Assembly: GCA_041659685.1 (NCBI GenBank)
Contig: JBAZXV010000002.1
Span: 120,195 to 184,194 of the forward strand
Length of the DNA: 64,000 nucleotides
Source: Parcubacteria group bacterium
Lineage (GTDB): Bacteria; Patescibacteriota; Minisyncoccia; Moranbacterales; UBA11712
Direction of reading: 5' to 3'
Positions 47,783 through 57,625 of this stretch are shown piece by piece. How positions within the stretch are numbered: position 1 is the first letter of the stretch; each line of letters starts with the position of its first letter. Below the pieces are notes generated by a model that was not told the DNA's origin, ran no database searches, and saw only the letters and a list, made by a program, of their open reading frames with translations. The position numbers and the translations under genes were made by a program.

Positions 47783-50700
47783 ATGACAAGAACTCCTCTA
47801 GGCGACAAAAGAAGAGCACAACAAGCACCGAGAAACAGAATAAAAAAACCGAAGGGATCGCAACCTGCCCCATCCGGCGGGCCTGTTGGAGGCGGTTCAA
47901 TGGAATTTCCGCCTCCGCCGCAGGAAGCGGCTCCAGATCCGTCCGCTGAACCGGAAGTGAAATTACCCGAAGTTGGTGATGTCATTGAGTATAGAGTGGG
48001 CGGCAGTTCTAATCCCCAAATATTTCGCGACAAAGTTATAGGGTTACATAAAGATCCAATTACTCAGCAAATGGTTCCGATAATTGAAACTATTTCGGGC
48101 AATGAACGGCCTGTCATGGAATGGTATGATACAGGGGCGAAAATAGTGGGTAAAGCGGGTGAAGTTGAAACAGGATTAGTTGGTGGACCATGTTTTTCAG
48201 GAAGCCCGAAACCGACAGCAGGACCGAATGCTCCTCTGCCGCAGGAAGCGGCTCCAGATCCGTCCGCGGAACCGGAAGTAGATGAAAACTCCATGGATCC
48301 CGTAAAGTTTAAAGAGGTAATAACGAGATTGAGGAGTTCGGATCCGGCCGAGAGAAGCAAAGCCGCGCGAGAAGCCGGCGATCTTGGTTATGTCGAACCG
48401 TTGATAGAAGCGCTTCAGGACCCTGACAAAAAAGTTCGATTCTGGGCCGCTTATTCTTTGGGGGCAATAAAAGATCCTCGCGCCGTAGACCCCCTAATTA
48501 ATTCTCTGAAAGATGTTGACGAAGGCGTTCGCTATCGCGCAGTTGAAGCTTTGGGTGAAATTGCGGACTCAAAAGCAAAAGACGCTATCGAGGGAGCCTT
48601 AAAAGACCCCAGCGCAGCCGTCTGCCAGATTGCTGCGTGGTCCCTAAAAAAAATAGAACAGCAGGAAGCGCAAAAAAACAGCTCCGCCGCGGGGGAACCC
48701 GATGCTGTCTCGGATCCCAAGGGCGTGAGTGCGACCGGGGATGTCCCTGAAGTTGATGCGCCCTCCGGATATGTATATTCGCCGGGCGATGAGTTCTTAT
48801 CCCGGGAACAGCTTGCAGCGCAGCGGGAAGGGGACAAAAAGGCGCCGGAAATCAGAGAGGCAAGAAGAAAAGAAAAAGAAAAACAAAGAGCGAATGAAGA
48901 AGAGTTTGAGGGAAAAATGATCCAGTTTAAGGAAGATATGGCCGGGAAGGCGAGAAATTTTGCGCGAAAAGACCTGGAGAACACGAATAGATGGGAAAAA
49001 TTCAAAAAGATACTCGGAATCGGCAGAGAAGCGGAAAAAGATGAAGTGGTGAAAAATGCCGAAAAAGAATTTGATGACGCTCTTTGGGCGTATGTTGAGG
49101 CCGGGAAGGAAAAATTACCGGAAGGGAACAAAGAGCTGGCTCGGGTGTTTCTGAAATATGCTTTTCTGGTAGGAGAAATAGACCTTCGCTCAATCAAAGT
49201 GGATGAGGCGGCGGAAATGAAAAGAGAAAGCGGCGCCTGGTCGAATAAATATACCGAACATTATAAAAAAAGCAAAGATTGGTGGAAAAACTTGAGCTTC
49301 AAGAAAAAAATGGCCTATTCCGGCGCTGTTTTTGCGGTAGGCGCTACGGGAATTGGGGCCAGTTTCGCTTCGATTGGCGCCATGACTCTTTCGGCAAAGA
49401 TGGGAACCAGAATTCTTGGGGCCGGGGTCATGTATGACAGTTCGATGAAGTGGCAGGAGGCGCTTGACGTGGACGAAGCGGAATATATGGTCAATCAAAA
49501 AATAAACGAAATTTTGAAAGAGAGCGACTGGGAAGAAAGGATTAAAAAACTGACAAAAGAAGAAGTTCTTTCCGTTGCCAAAGAAAGAAGAAAAACTTTC
49601 GAATCCTACGATTCGCTGAATAAAAGAAGGGCTTATTTAATGGCTCTCGCCTTGCCGGTGGTCACAACGGCAGTCGACATATATAGATGGGGGTTTAAGA
49701 CGGCAGGCGCGGGGAGGCTGGTTGGCGAATCCGTAACAAAACCGTCCATTCAGGGAATTGATACTTCTCCCGGATCTCCATCTTCAGGAGGGGTTCTGAC
49801 GAATGCCGATACTTCGCCTAAGGCTGCGGGGGAGATCGCGCCGAGGATTCAAGGGCAAGAAATGAATAATATTGACGCTTCTTCTCAAAATTCTCTTGAA
49901 AATACGCCAAAAAGTGTTAGCGGAATTTTAACGGAAACCGACTCTTCCCCGAAGGCGGTTGAAATTGGTTCCGACACGGTTGGGAGAGGCGGCGGATTAT
50001 GGAGATCAACAGAAAGGTTTATCCGGGCCAATCCTGAAGAGTTTAAACTGGACAGAAAAAGTGCAAATTTTGTCGGCGAAGTGCGAAAACTCACCAGAGA
50101 ACTGCTCGAAAATCATGCCTCCGAACATGGAATGAGCTACGAAGAACTTAACGAAATTGCCAGCACAAAAGTCCAGAGCGAGGATATCCTGAAATTTATC
50201 AAGGACCCTTCAACGGGAGAAATCCATGTTGAATATTCAAGGGATGATATTTTCGGCCAGGGAGGCATTGCAAAGCCGGATGTGCCGCTGGATGAGGGTG
50301 CGGACAAAGAAAAATATATTCAGGAAAAGGCGGCAAAAATTAATGAAGAATATTTAAAATATAAGGGTGGCGGAATTTCAGCAGAACAACATGCCGCACC
50401 CGGCGTTTCGGGCGCTTCGGCCGAAGATTTGGGCCGGAGCAGGCCCGCTCCGAAAGCTCCGGAATGGCTCCAAAAGCATAATGATAATATTGCCATGAAG
50501 AAAGCGGTGGAGGGGCAATTCAGCGATGTGCAGAAAGGAACCGAAGCAAGACTTCGAGAAATTCAAGGGCTTCACCATGAGAACATAACCGCCGAAGCCG
50601 TTATCAGGCAGGGAATTGCGGTTCGCGGACTTCTTAAAAATATCATTCATGAATCAGGTATTGGAAATAATGTTTCTCTTTGGGATGAACCGGCGGAAAA

Positions 50701-50941
50701 ATGGTATGGGGACTTTATAAACAGCGAGGAGTTAATTCCTCAGGATGTATCCCAAAATATGCCAAGCGGTAATTCAATCGATAATATAAATAATAATCGC
50801 AGGATATTAAAGAAAATTTTTTCCCAGCTTCCCAAACCGCAGCCCGGACAGAAGACCTGGCCCGCTCTTCTTGACGCACTGAGAAAAGATCCAGGCAACC
50901 TCGTGAGAATTGAAGAGGCTTTGAATGCGAGATATAAATAG
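47783..50941 (+). CDS. Large multidomain protein: Pro-rich N-terminus, HEAT/PBS-lyase repeats, coiled coil, TM segments, possible LysM-like domain
   Basis: LI.AL.D.D..VR..AA..LG.I.D repeats; hydrophobic segments near aa 520-560 and 625-645; TVGRGGGLW. Confidence 0.8.
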   Translation: MTRTPLGDKRRAQQAPRNRIKKPKGSQPAPSGGPVGGGSMEFPPPPQEAAPDPSAEPEVKLPEVGDVIEYRVGGSSNPQIFRDKVIGLHKDPITQQMVPIIETISGNERPVMEWYDTGAKIVGKAGEVETGLVGGPCFSGSPKPTAGPNAPLPQEAAPDPSAEPEVDENSMDPVKFKEVITRLRSSDPAERSKAAREAGDLGYVEPLIEALQDPDKKVRFWAAYSLGAIKDPRAVDPLINSLKDVDEGVRYRAVEALGEIADSKAKDAIEGALKDPSAAVCQIAAWSLKKIEQQEAQKNSSAAGEPDAVSDPKGVSATGDVPEVDAPSGYVYSPGDEFLSREQLAAQREGDKKAPEIREARRKEKEKQRANEEEFEGKMIQFKEDMAGKARNFARKDLENTNRWEKFKKILGIGREAEKDEVVKNAEKEFDDALWAYVEAGKEKLPEGNKELARVFLKYAFLVGEIDLRSIKVDEAAEMKRESGAWSNKYTEHYKKSKDWWKNLSFKKKMAYSGAVFAVGATGIGASFASIGAMTLSAKMGTRILGAGVMYDSSMKWQEALDVDEAEYMVNQKINEILKESDWEERIKKLTKEEVLSVAKERRKTFESYDSLNKRRAYLMALALPVVTTAVDIYRWGFKTAGAGRLVGESVTKPSIQGIDTSPGSPSSGGVLTNADTSPKAAGEIAPRIQGQEMNNIDASSQNSLENTPKSVSGILTETDSSPKAVEIGSDTVGRGGGLWRSTERFIRANPEEFKLDRKSANFVGEVRKLTRELLENHASEHGMSYEELNEIASTKVQSEDILKFIKDPSTGEIHVEYSRDDIFGQGGIAKPDVPLDEGADKEKYIQEKAAKINEEYLKYKGGGISAEQHAAPGVSGASAEDLGRSRPAPKAPEWLQKHNDNIAMKKAVEGQFSDVQKGTEARLREIQGLHHENITAEAVIRQGIAVRGLLKNIIHESGIGNNVSLWDEPAEKWYGDFINSEELIPQDVSQNMPSGNSIDNINNNRRILKKIFSQLPKPQPGQKTWPALLDALRKDPGNLVRIEEALNARYK

Positions 50942-50967
50942 ACAATAATAAATTGTTATATAAATAA

Positions 50968-51294
50968 ATGCAAAATAATTCAATTCTCAAAAAAAATTTG
51001 ATTGACGAGCTGGGATTAGGCGCCTTGCCCCAAGAAAAGCAGGATGAACTGATAGCTAAAATGGGCGAAGTGATAACGAAAAAGATATATCTTGAGACAA
51101 TGGAAAATTTGAGTGAAACCGACAAAGAGGAGCTGGTGAAAATGCTCGATGCCGAAGCTGAATCGGAAAAAATAGAAGAATTTCTCAAAGGAAAAATTGA
51201 AAATTACGAAGAGATTGTGAAAAAAATCATTGATGATTTTAAGGAGGAAATAAAAGAAGCGGCGAATAAATTTGATGATAAATATAAAGAGTAA
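50968..51294 (+). CDS. Small acidic helical protein (DUF5663-like)
   Basis: ELGL..LP.E..DE pattern recalled from CPR proteins. Confidence 0.6.
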   Translation: MQNNSILKKNLIDELGLGALPQEKQDELIAKMGEVITKKIYLETMENLSETDKEELVKMLDAEAESEKIEEFLKGKIENYEEIVKKIIDDFKEEIKEAANKFDDKYKE

Positions 51295-51298
51295 TTCT

Positions 51299-51793
51299 AT
51301 GCCTACAAATTATCTTGAGCCAATTGAGAAGGAGGATGTTGATCTGAAGGGAAAATTTACGGGACAAAGAGAAAGCGCGGTTCCAAGCCCCGAAAAAAAT
51401 CTTATAAAAGAAGAAAAGATAGCGACGATTGAAACGCCGGGGAAAAAAGAAATTGAACCAGCCGGCCCCGAAAAAGAAACGGGAGCGGAAGTCCAGGAAG
51501 AAAAAATTTCCGAGAAAATAGAAACTGCCAGAAAAACGATCAGCACCCATAAGCCGGGTACTGCGGCGGCAATTACGGATGACGCGAAAACGATTGCCGG
51601 AATCACCGAATATGAAAAAAAAGTGGAAAAGCTTGTCGAGCTTGCCCTCCAAAAGGGTCCAGAACATGCGATCAAAGTCGCTCAGCACATGGATTCAAAT
51701 GACAACTATACTCTTGATGAACTTCATGATCGGATGATAGAAGACGATTTGAGAAAACAGCTTGTTCAAAAAGGCATGCTGAAAGATTTATAG
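51299..51793 (+). CDS. Hypothetical protein
   Basis: Charged N-terminus; LVELALQKGPEHAIKVA..YTLDELHD. Confidence 0.7.
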   Translation: MPTNYLEPIEKEDVDLKGKFTGQRESAVPSPEKNLIKEEKIATIETPGKKEIEPAGPEKETGAEVQEEKISEKIETARKTISTHKPGTAAAITDDAKTIAGITEYEKKVEKLVELALQKGPEHAIKVAQHMDSNDNYTLDELHDRMIEDDLRKQLVQKGMLKDL

Positions 51794-51833
51794 AATTTTT
51801 CAAAAAAATTTGGTTTAAGTAACAAAAACAAAA

Positions 51834-54374
51834 ATGGATGCGTTGAATCTTAATTTAATTCTGTATCCGCTGGCCGGCCTTCTGGCGCTTGCCAGCCTGA
51901 TTTCCGGTTTTTGGATGGTATTTCGAAGTTTCTCTATTTTTCGCGGGGAGATAACCCGGTCCTTAAACATGGACATGGATGTCGTAAAGGTGAGCCATTC
52001 GCTCAAGACCCAATCGCAATCATCACAACAGCAACAGCAGCAGCCAAAACCGGAAAAGGAAATAATTTCCGTTATGGAACACCTCTTTGCCAGTCTTGGA
52101 AATATAAAAGAAAAAGCGGGATTTTGGCACAGGATAATATACGGCGACGCAGTGATCGCGCTTGAAATTGCCAATCCGTCTGAAAACGACGAAATTTGTT
52201 TTTATATCGGGGCGCCAAAAAAATTCATCTCAATCGTGGAGCGCCAAGTCCACAGTTTTTTCCCGAAAGCGTCCATCGAAAGAGTGAAGGATTACAATAT
52301 ATTTTACCCGGGCAGCAGAACGGCTGCTTCATATCTTATGCTTCGCGACAAGGACTGCCTTCCGGTTCGCACGTACCAAACGCTCGAATCCGATCCTCTT
52401 AACAATATCACCAACGTCCTTGGAAAATTCGACGAGAAAAAAGAAGGAGCCGCCATTCAAGTTCTCATTAAGCCGGCTCGCGGAGACTGGAGAAGCAAGG
52501 GAAGGGAGATTGCCCATAAGATGCAGCAGGGCAGGCGCCTTGCTGACGTAAAGAGAGACACACCCGTCCGGCTTTTCCTTCGGGGCTTTTTTAGTATTAT
52601 TTTTAAAAAAGACGATGACCAAAAAAAAGATATATTCAAGCCGAACAAAGAGCAGGTTCAACTGACGCCTGAAGAACAGGAGATAGTGAAAAAAATCGAG
52701 GGAAAATCTAATAAACCTGGTTTTGGCGTCAACATCAGGCTGGTGGCTTCCGCTTTGAACCAGGAAAGGGCCGAGTCGATCTTGGCGGAGCTTGAGAACG
52801 CTTTCATCCAGTATGAAAATCCAAGCATCAACGGATTCAAGGTAGTGAGGGACAGCAAGAAAAATAGCAACAACACCGCCTTTAATTTCATATTTCGGAT
52901 TTTCAAAAATGAGCAGAGCTTCGTTCTTTCTTCGGAGGAAATATCGAGTATCTTTCATTTCCCTCTTTTTTCGACTGAAACGCCGAAGATTGCCTGGCTC
53001 AAGGCCAGAACTGCCGCGCCGCCTTCAAATATTTCCAAGGAGGGGATAAAACTCGGTTTTAACGATTATCGGGGAGTGGACACGGTTATCCATCATGCGG
53101 ATGATGACCGCCGCCGCCATTTCTATATTATCGGTCAGACCGGAACCGGAAAATCAACCATGATGGAAGAAATGGTGAAGCAGGACATAATAAACGGAAA
53201 AGGAGTTTGCGTTATTGATCCCCATGGCGAGTTCGTGGAGCATGTGATCGAATGCGTTCCGAAAGAAAGGGCGGAGGACGTCATCTATTTCGACCCGGGC
53301 GATATGGAAAGGCCGTTCGGGCTCAACATGCTCGAATACGATACATCGAAGCCGGAACAGAAGACATTTGTCATTAATGAAATGATAAATATTTTTGACA
53401 AGCTGTATGACCTTAAGCAAACCGGTGGTCCGATGTTCGAGCAATATATGCGAAACGCGGCCCTTCTTGTCATGGAACATCCCGAATCAGGATCGACTCT
53501 CATGGAAATTCCGCGGGTGCTCGCTGACGAAGAATTCCGGCACCTCAAGCTTTCTCACTGCACCAATCCGATTGTCAAAAATTTTTGGGAAAAGGAAGCC
53601 GAAAAAGCGGGCGGAGAAGCGGCTCTTGCCAATATGGTTCCTTATATCACATCGAAACTCACTCAGTTCATATCAAATGATATGATGCGGCCGATTATCG
53701 CCCAGGAAAAAACGACCGTGAATTTCCGTCGGGCCATGGATGAACAGCAAATAGTCCTCGTCAATCTTTCCAAAGGAAAAATAGGGGAAATAAATGCCAA
53801 TCTTTTGGGTATGATAATCGTTGGGAAAATTTTAATTTCGGCTCTTTCGCGGGTGGATATGCCGGAAGAGGAACGCAAGGACTTTTATCTCTATATCGAC
53901 GAATTTCAGAATTTTACAACTGATTCAATCGCCCAAATTCTCTCCGAGGCGCGAAAATACCGTCTGGCCCTCGTCATAGCTCACCAGTTCATTGCCCAGC
54001 TCAAGGAAGAAATATCAAAAGCTGTCTTCGGAAACGTGGGATCGATTTGCTCATTCCGTGTTGGCGCGGAAGACGCAGAGTTTCTGCAAAAACAATTCGA
54101 GCCGGTTTTTGACGCAAACGATCTCATGAACGTAGATAACAGAAATTGTTTCATGAAACTTCTCATCGCGAGCCAGGTGGCTTCGCCCTTCAATATGAAG
54201 ACATATCCGCCGACGAAGGGCAGCGCAAAGATTGCCGAAGCGATAAAAGAGCTTTCTAAATTGAAATATGGAAGAAATCGTGATATAGTAAATGAAGAGA
54301 TAATGAAAAAATCTAATTATGTTACTCCGCCGCCTTCTGCCGACGCGTTCGATATGGGGGAAAAACCATTATAA
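51834..54374 (+). CDS. VirD4/TraG-like (HerA/FtsK superfamily) ATPase
   Basis: N-terminal TM; RRHFYIIGQTGTGKST Walker A, IDPHG, LYIDEFQNF Walker B, SEARKY, AHQF, GNVG. Confidence 0.9.
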   Translation: MDALNLNLILYPLAGLLALASLISGFWMVFRSFSIFRGEITRSLNMDMDVVKVSHSLKTQSQSSQQQQQQPKPEKEIISVMEHLFASLGNIKEKAGFWHRIIYGDAVIALEIANPSENDEICFYIGAPKKFISIVERQVHSFFPKASIERVKDYNIFYPGSRTAASYLMLRDKDCLPVRTYQTLESDPLNNITNVLGKFDEKKEGAAIQVLIKPARGDWRSKGREIAHKMQQGRRLADVKRDTPVRLFLRGFFSIIFKKDDDQKKDIFKPNKEQVQLTPEEQEIVKKIEGKSNKPGFGVNIRLVASALNQERAESILAELENAFIQYENPSINGFKVVRDSKKNSNNTAFNFIFRIFKNEQSFVLSSEEISSIFHFPLFSTETPKIAWLKARTAAPPSNISKEGIKLGFNDYRGVDTVIHHADDDRRRHFYIIGQTGTGKSTMMEEMVKQDIINGKGVCVIDPHGEFVEHVIECVPKERAEDVIYFDPGDMERPFGLNMLEYDTSKPEQKTFVINEMINIFDKLYDLKQTGGPMFEQYMRNAALLVMEHPESGSTLMEIPRVLADEEFRHLKLSHCTNPIVKNFWEKEAEKAGGEAALANMVPYITSKLTQFISNDMMRPIIAQEKTTVNFRRAMDEQQIVLVNLSKGKIGEINANLLGMIIVGKILISALSRVDMPEEERKDFYLYIDEFQNFTTDSIAQILSEARKYRLALVIAHQFIAQLKEEISKAVFGNVGSICSFRVGAEDAEFLQKQFEPVFDANDLMNVDNRNCFMKLLIASQVASPFNMKTYPPTKGSAKIAEAIKELSKLKYGRNRDIVNEEIMKKSNYVTPPPSADAFDMGEKPL

Positions 54375-54453
54375 ATGAAAAATGCAAAAATAAAAGTGAA
54401 AAATGACAATTTAAAATGCAAAATTATTTTAATGTTCAATTTATTATAATATT

Positions 54454-54624
54454 ATGACAGACGATCAATTTCAAGAGCAATCCGAAGAACAGGGGACACT
54501 CGACCCCCATTGCGTTTCCTGCGGCATGCCCATGAAAAAAGAAGAAGAATACGGAACAAATGCGGATGGAAGTAAAAATAATGAATATTGCTGCCATTGC
54601 CTTATTGATGGCGAGAAAAAATAA
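54454..54624 (+). CDS. Small zinc-ribbon protein (56 aa)
   Basis: Not in the ORF track; CVSCGMPM...GTNADGS.N.EYCCHC. Confidence 0.8.
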   Translation: MTDDQFQEQSEEQGTLDPHCVSCGMPMKKEEEYGTNADGSKNNEYCCHCLIDGEKK

Positions 54625-54650
54625 AAGTAAACTAGAAAGCGAGGTGAAAT

Positions 54651-54815
54651 ATGACAGACGACATGACAACAACTCCTCCGGCAGACGACACGCAAGCCGA
54701 CGAAGGGATGCAAACTCAGCCAATGACTCCTGCAGGAGAAACTCCTGCAGAAGAAGCTCCAGTTGAGGAAACTCCGGCTGAAGAAGGCGCGGAAGCGACT
54801 CCTCCGACTGAATAG
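54651..54815 (+). CDS. Small acidic low-complexity T/P/A/E protein (54 aa)
   Basis: Not in the ORF track; GAGGTG SD; MTDDMTTTPPADD...ETPAEEAPVEETPAEE...PPTE*. Confidence 0.7.
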   Translation: MTDDMTTTPPADDTQADEGMQTQPMTPAGETPAEEAPVEETPAEEGAEATPPTE

Positions 54816-54830
54816 TAAGTAGCCACGCTA

Positions 54831-54908
54831 TTTATCCGCCTTTGCAGAAGGCCACGAGTGTTTTCTAAGCTAAAATACACGAAAATCTTCTGCTTCGGCG
54901 GATTCCGC
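54831..54908. ncRNA. Candidate structured element, copy C
   Basis: ATCCGCC-TTT-GCAGAAG-N36-CTTCTGC-TTC-GGCGGAT; same geometry as 6794-6871. Confidence 0.45.
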
Positions 54909-54953
54909 ACTGATGAATAAAATTATTTGTCGGGCTTGCGGAACTTCATAATC

Positions 54954-54985
54954 AAAAAACCGGCCATTGATTTGGCTGGTTTTTT
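54954..54985. terminator. Bidirectional intrinsic terminator
   Basis: AAAAAACCGGCCA..TGGCTGGTTTTTT between convergent genes. Confidence 0.8.
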
Positions 54986-55002
54986 GTTATATATAAGGAT
55001 AA

Positions 55003-55473
55003 TTATCCATTCTTCATTTCATCATACTCTTTTACGGTCTGTCCGAATATTCCTTTTTCCTCTTCTTCTGTCAGTCTGGCACGTTTTTTTTCTCCAAGTT
55101 GATGCAAGCGGGCTTGTCTGACCATCGACTCGGTCAGTTTTTTTGCAAATAACGGATTGCTTTCTGTTTCTCCGCTCTTTTTCCGCCTGGTGAAAAATTC
55201 GTATATATGATTTATTAAGTTAGTCGCTTTTTCGGAATCCAGATCATCCTTGTCAAATATTTTTTTATCTATTAAAAATACTTTTATTAAGAATCTGATA
55301 TTATGCTCTGCTTTTTCTTTTGGCAATTCCGATGTTGTTTGGTCCTTGGGCTGCTTTGCCATCATTTCCAAAAATCCGTTTCCCAGTTCTTCGAGTATAA
55401 TTATTTCGCCGTCTCGAGTTGCGGATTCCTCATTTGGAGCCGGACCGCCGAATTTTTCATTTGATTCCATCAT
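55003..55473 (-). CDS. Hypothetical protein
   Basis: ORF whose start overlaps the stop of the upstream DUF763 gene. Confidence 0.6.
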   Translation of the reverse strand: MMESNEKFGGPAPNEESATRDGEIIILEELGNGFLEMMAKQPKDQTTSELPKEKAEHNIRFLIKVFLIDKKIFDKDDLDSEKATNLINHIYEFFTRRKKSGETESNPLFAKKLTESMVRQARLHQLGEKKRARLTEEEEKGIFGQTVKEYDEMKNG

Positions 55474-56615
55474 ATTAATTTATTGGATAATTTCTTTTTT
55501 TCAGAATATCCGATTTTCATTTTCTCTACAAGCTTTTGCATTGTTGCGATAGTCTCGTCGTATGTCGGGCGGTCGACGGGGTAGGGGATGAAGTCTTTTC
55601 CGCCATGAGCGAAAGAATAGCGGGCCGGGTCTTCATATGACGCTTTTGCGCCATAAATCACTTCCGCGGTGAGAGCGAGAGCCCGGATGGTTTTTGGACC
55701 GACACCCTTGAGAGACAAAAGCTCTTCGTAACTCTTCGGCTTGATTTCAGAAACTTCATATAAAATCTTTTGCAGGTATTTGCTTTTGGTGAAATCTTCA
55801 GTGACAACGGGCAAAACCTTGAAGTCCCGGTCGTGGAGATGCATTGTGGTCAATTCCTGGTTTCTGTTTCCAATTGAAACAACGTCACTTTGCGGCGTGG
55901 AATATTTTCGAAGTAGCTGAAAATCATTCATGAGAGTTTTATAGCTCCCTTGCACGAGTTCTGTTGAAATTTTTTGAGTATTTTCGCTTTCCCGCGCGGC
56001 CATATTCAGGCCGACATGCCGGCCATCGGAGATGATCCCGCTGTGCGGCTCAAGGACAAGATTCTTGGCGGTGTCAGAATACCAATGGTATCTTCTCGCG
56101 GTTACATTTTTTTCGTTCATTCCCTGTTGCACAACCGCCCAGGCGCCGTTTCGTGAAAAGAAAAATGAATGGTGATAAATTTGGAATCCGTCTTGAACGA
56201 GCGAGGAGTCGACTTTGGCTGCCATTCGGGAATTATATTCCAAAGAATTTATTTTTTCCTGAGAAAGCTCCGCCCGCGCCCCAAAGAGGGAAATCTGTTC
56301 CGGAGTTTTGAGGGAAGTTTTCCCTTTACCGCCGCAAATGTATATTCCGAGGTCCATTTCTTCGTCACGGATGGCTTCTTTGAGAGCGGCCGTTAAAATA
56401 GTGGTGAGGCCCGAGGCGTTCCAGTCAAAAGCCAGCACCGTTCCGAGTGCCTGAAACCAGACCGGATCGGCGATTCGGCGAACGTATTCATCCGGCCCGT
56501 ATTCGGCAATAATCACCCGTGTCATCTCCCGCCCCAATTTCACCATCCGCTCAAACAGCCATCTCGGACACTTGCCGTAATCAAGGGTAAATGTGGCAAT
56601 TCCTCTCTTAAACAT
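55470..56615 (-). CDS. DUF763-family protein with a helix-hairpin-helix motif
   Basis: CPRWLF.RM, DP.WFQA.G, AKVD....QDG, VQQGMN, KGVGPKT.RAL, AHGGKD..PYPV. Confidence 0.85.
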   Translation of the reverse strand: MFKRGIATFTLDYGKCPRWLFERMVKLGREMTRVIIAEYGPDEYVRRIADPVWFQALGTVLAFDWNASGLTTILTAALKEAIRDEEMDLGIYICGGKGKTSLKTPEQISLFGARAELSQEKINSLEYNSRMAAKVDSSLVQDGFQIYHHSFFFSRNGAWAVVQQGMNEKNVTARRYHWYSDTAKNLVLEPHSGIISDGRHVGLNMAARESENTQKISTELVQGSYKTLMNDFQLLRKYSTPQSDVVSIGNRNQELTTMHLHDRDFKVLPVVTEDFTKSKYLQKILYEVSEIKPKSYEELLSLKGVGPKTIRALALTAEVIYGAKASYEDPARYSFAHGGKDFIPYPVDRPTYDETIATMQKLVEKMKIGYSEKKKLSNKLI

Positions 56616-56758
56616 AAAATACCTTTTAGTAACGTTTCGTGTTGTGGGTTATGTGCCTCGAGAGCACACTATCACTATATCACCAATATCAGCTCCAAGC
56701 AAAACAAAAACACTGCAATAAATTGCAGTGGGAAAAAAATTGGAAAAGTTCAGTATAA

Positions 56759-57625
56759 TTAAATAAGCAAGTTCATGCTCTCGAGCAAGGATTTTTGGTT
56801 CACGTTTTGGATTTCGATGCCCGGACGGCCGTTGATTTCGATGAGGACGACGCGATCATTTTTGTCGATGATCAAATCCACCCCGGAAATAAGAAGTTGG
56901 GAAAGTTTAGAGGCCTCTATAGAGGCCTCTATCAATTTGCCCCAATGCGGGATGCGAAAGTTTTCCGGAATGTCAAAATCCGAAAGTTTGAATGCGCGTT
57001 CCTCTTTTTTGGAAAAAAGATGCGTCACTTTGCCGGTTTTGACGTCGATGCCGACGCCGATGGCGCCGACGGTGAGGTTGGCCCGTCCGCGGGTGGCTTT
57101 GGTCGAATGTCTCAGCATGGCCATGACGGGAACGAAATTTACGCAAAAAATCCGGATGTCGGGCAGGCCGGCGGAGTGTTTGAACATAATTTTTGGCGAC
57201 GGATAGATTCTTTCCTCAACGATTGCGACATCTCTTTCCGAATGGCCGGAATATTCACCATCCAGGATGCGGCGAATGTGTTTTCGAATTTGTTTTTCGG
57301 AATACTTTTCGCCCGAAGGATCAAAAAACTTCCCGTCTTTCTTCTCAAGGACCATGATGCCGCTTCCGCCGAAGCCCCGGGACGGCTTGATCACGAATTC
57401 TTCCGGGAAAAGCCGGATTTTTTCAAGATCCGCGATGTTTTCAATTTCGAAAAAAGTTTTCGGCGAATATATTCCATGCTGAGAAAAGAGTTTTTTGGCC
57501 GCCGCTTTATTCTTGGCGAGGTCGAGTGATTCCCAGAAATTATATTCCCGAATCAAGAAATTGCGAAAATTCATGCCGAGCGGCTTTTTCTTTTCAGAAA
57601 AATATTTTCTGGACAAATTAATCAT
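56759..57625 (-). CDS. Alpha-L-glutamate ligase-like ATP-grasp protein (RimK-related, ATPgrasp_ST)
   Basis: LGMNFRN, FVIKP..G.GG.GI, PDIRI, ANL..G, GVD, EINGRPG..IQ. Confidence 0.88.
   Translation of the reverse strand: MINLSRKYFSEKKKPLGMNFRNFLIREYNFWESLDLAKNKAAAKKLFSQHGIYSPKTFFEIENIADLEKIRLFPEEFVIKPSRGFGGSGIMVLEKKDGKFFDPSGEKYSEKQIRKHIRRILDGEYSGHSERDVAIVEERIYPSPKIMFKHSAGLPDIRIFCVNFVPVMAMLRHSTKATRGRANLTVGAIGVGIDVKTGKVTHLFSKKEERAFKLSDFDIPENFRIPHWGKLIEASIEASKLSQLLISGVDLIIDKNDRVVLIEINGRPGIEIQNVNQKSLLESMNLLI

Noticed and set aside
54909-54945. CTGATGA as a hammerhead ribozyme core
   Set aside because: No GAAA after the putative stem II and no convincing stems I and III
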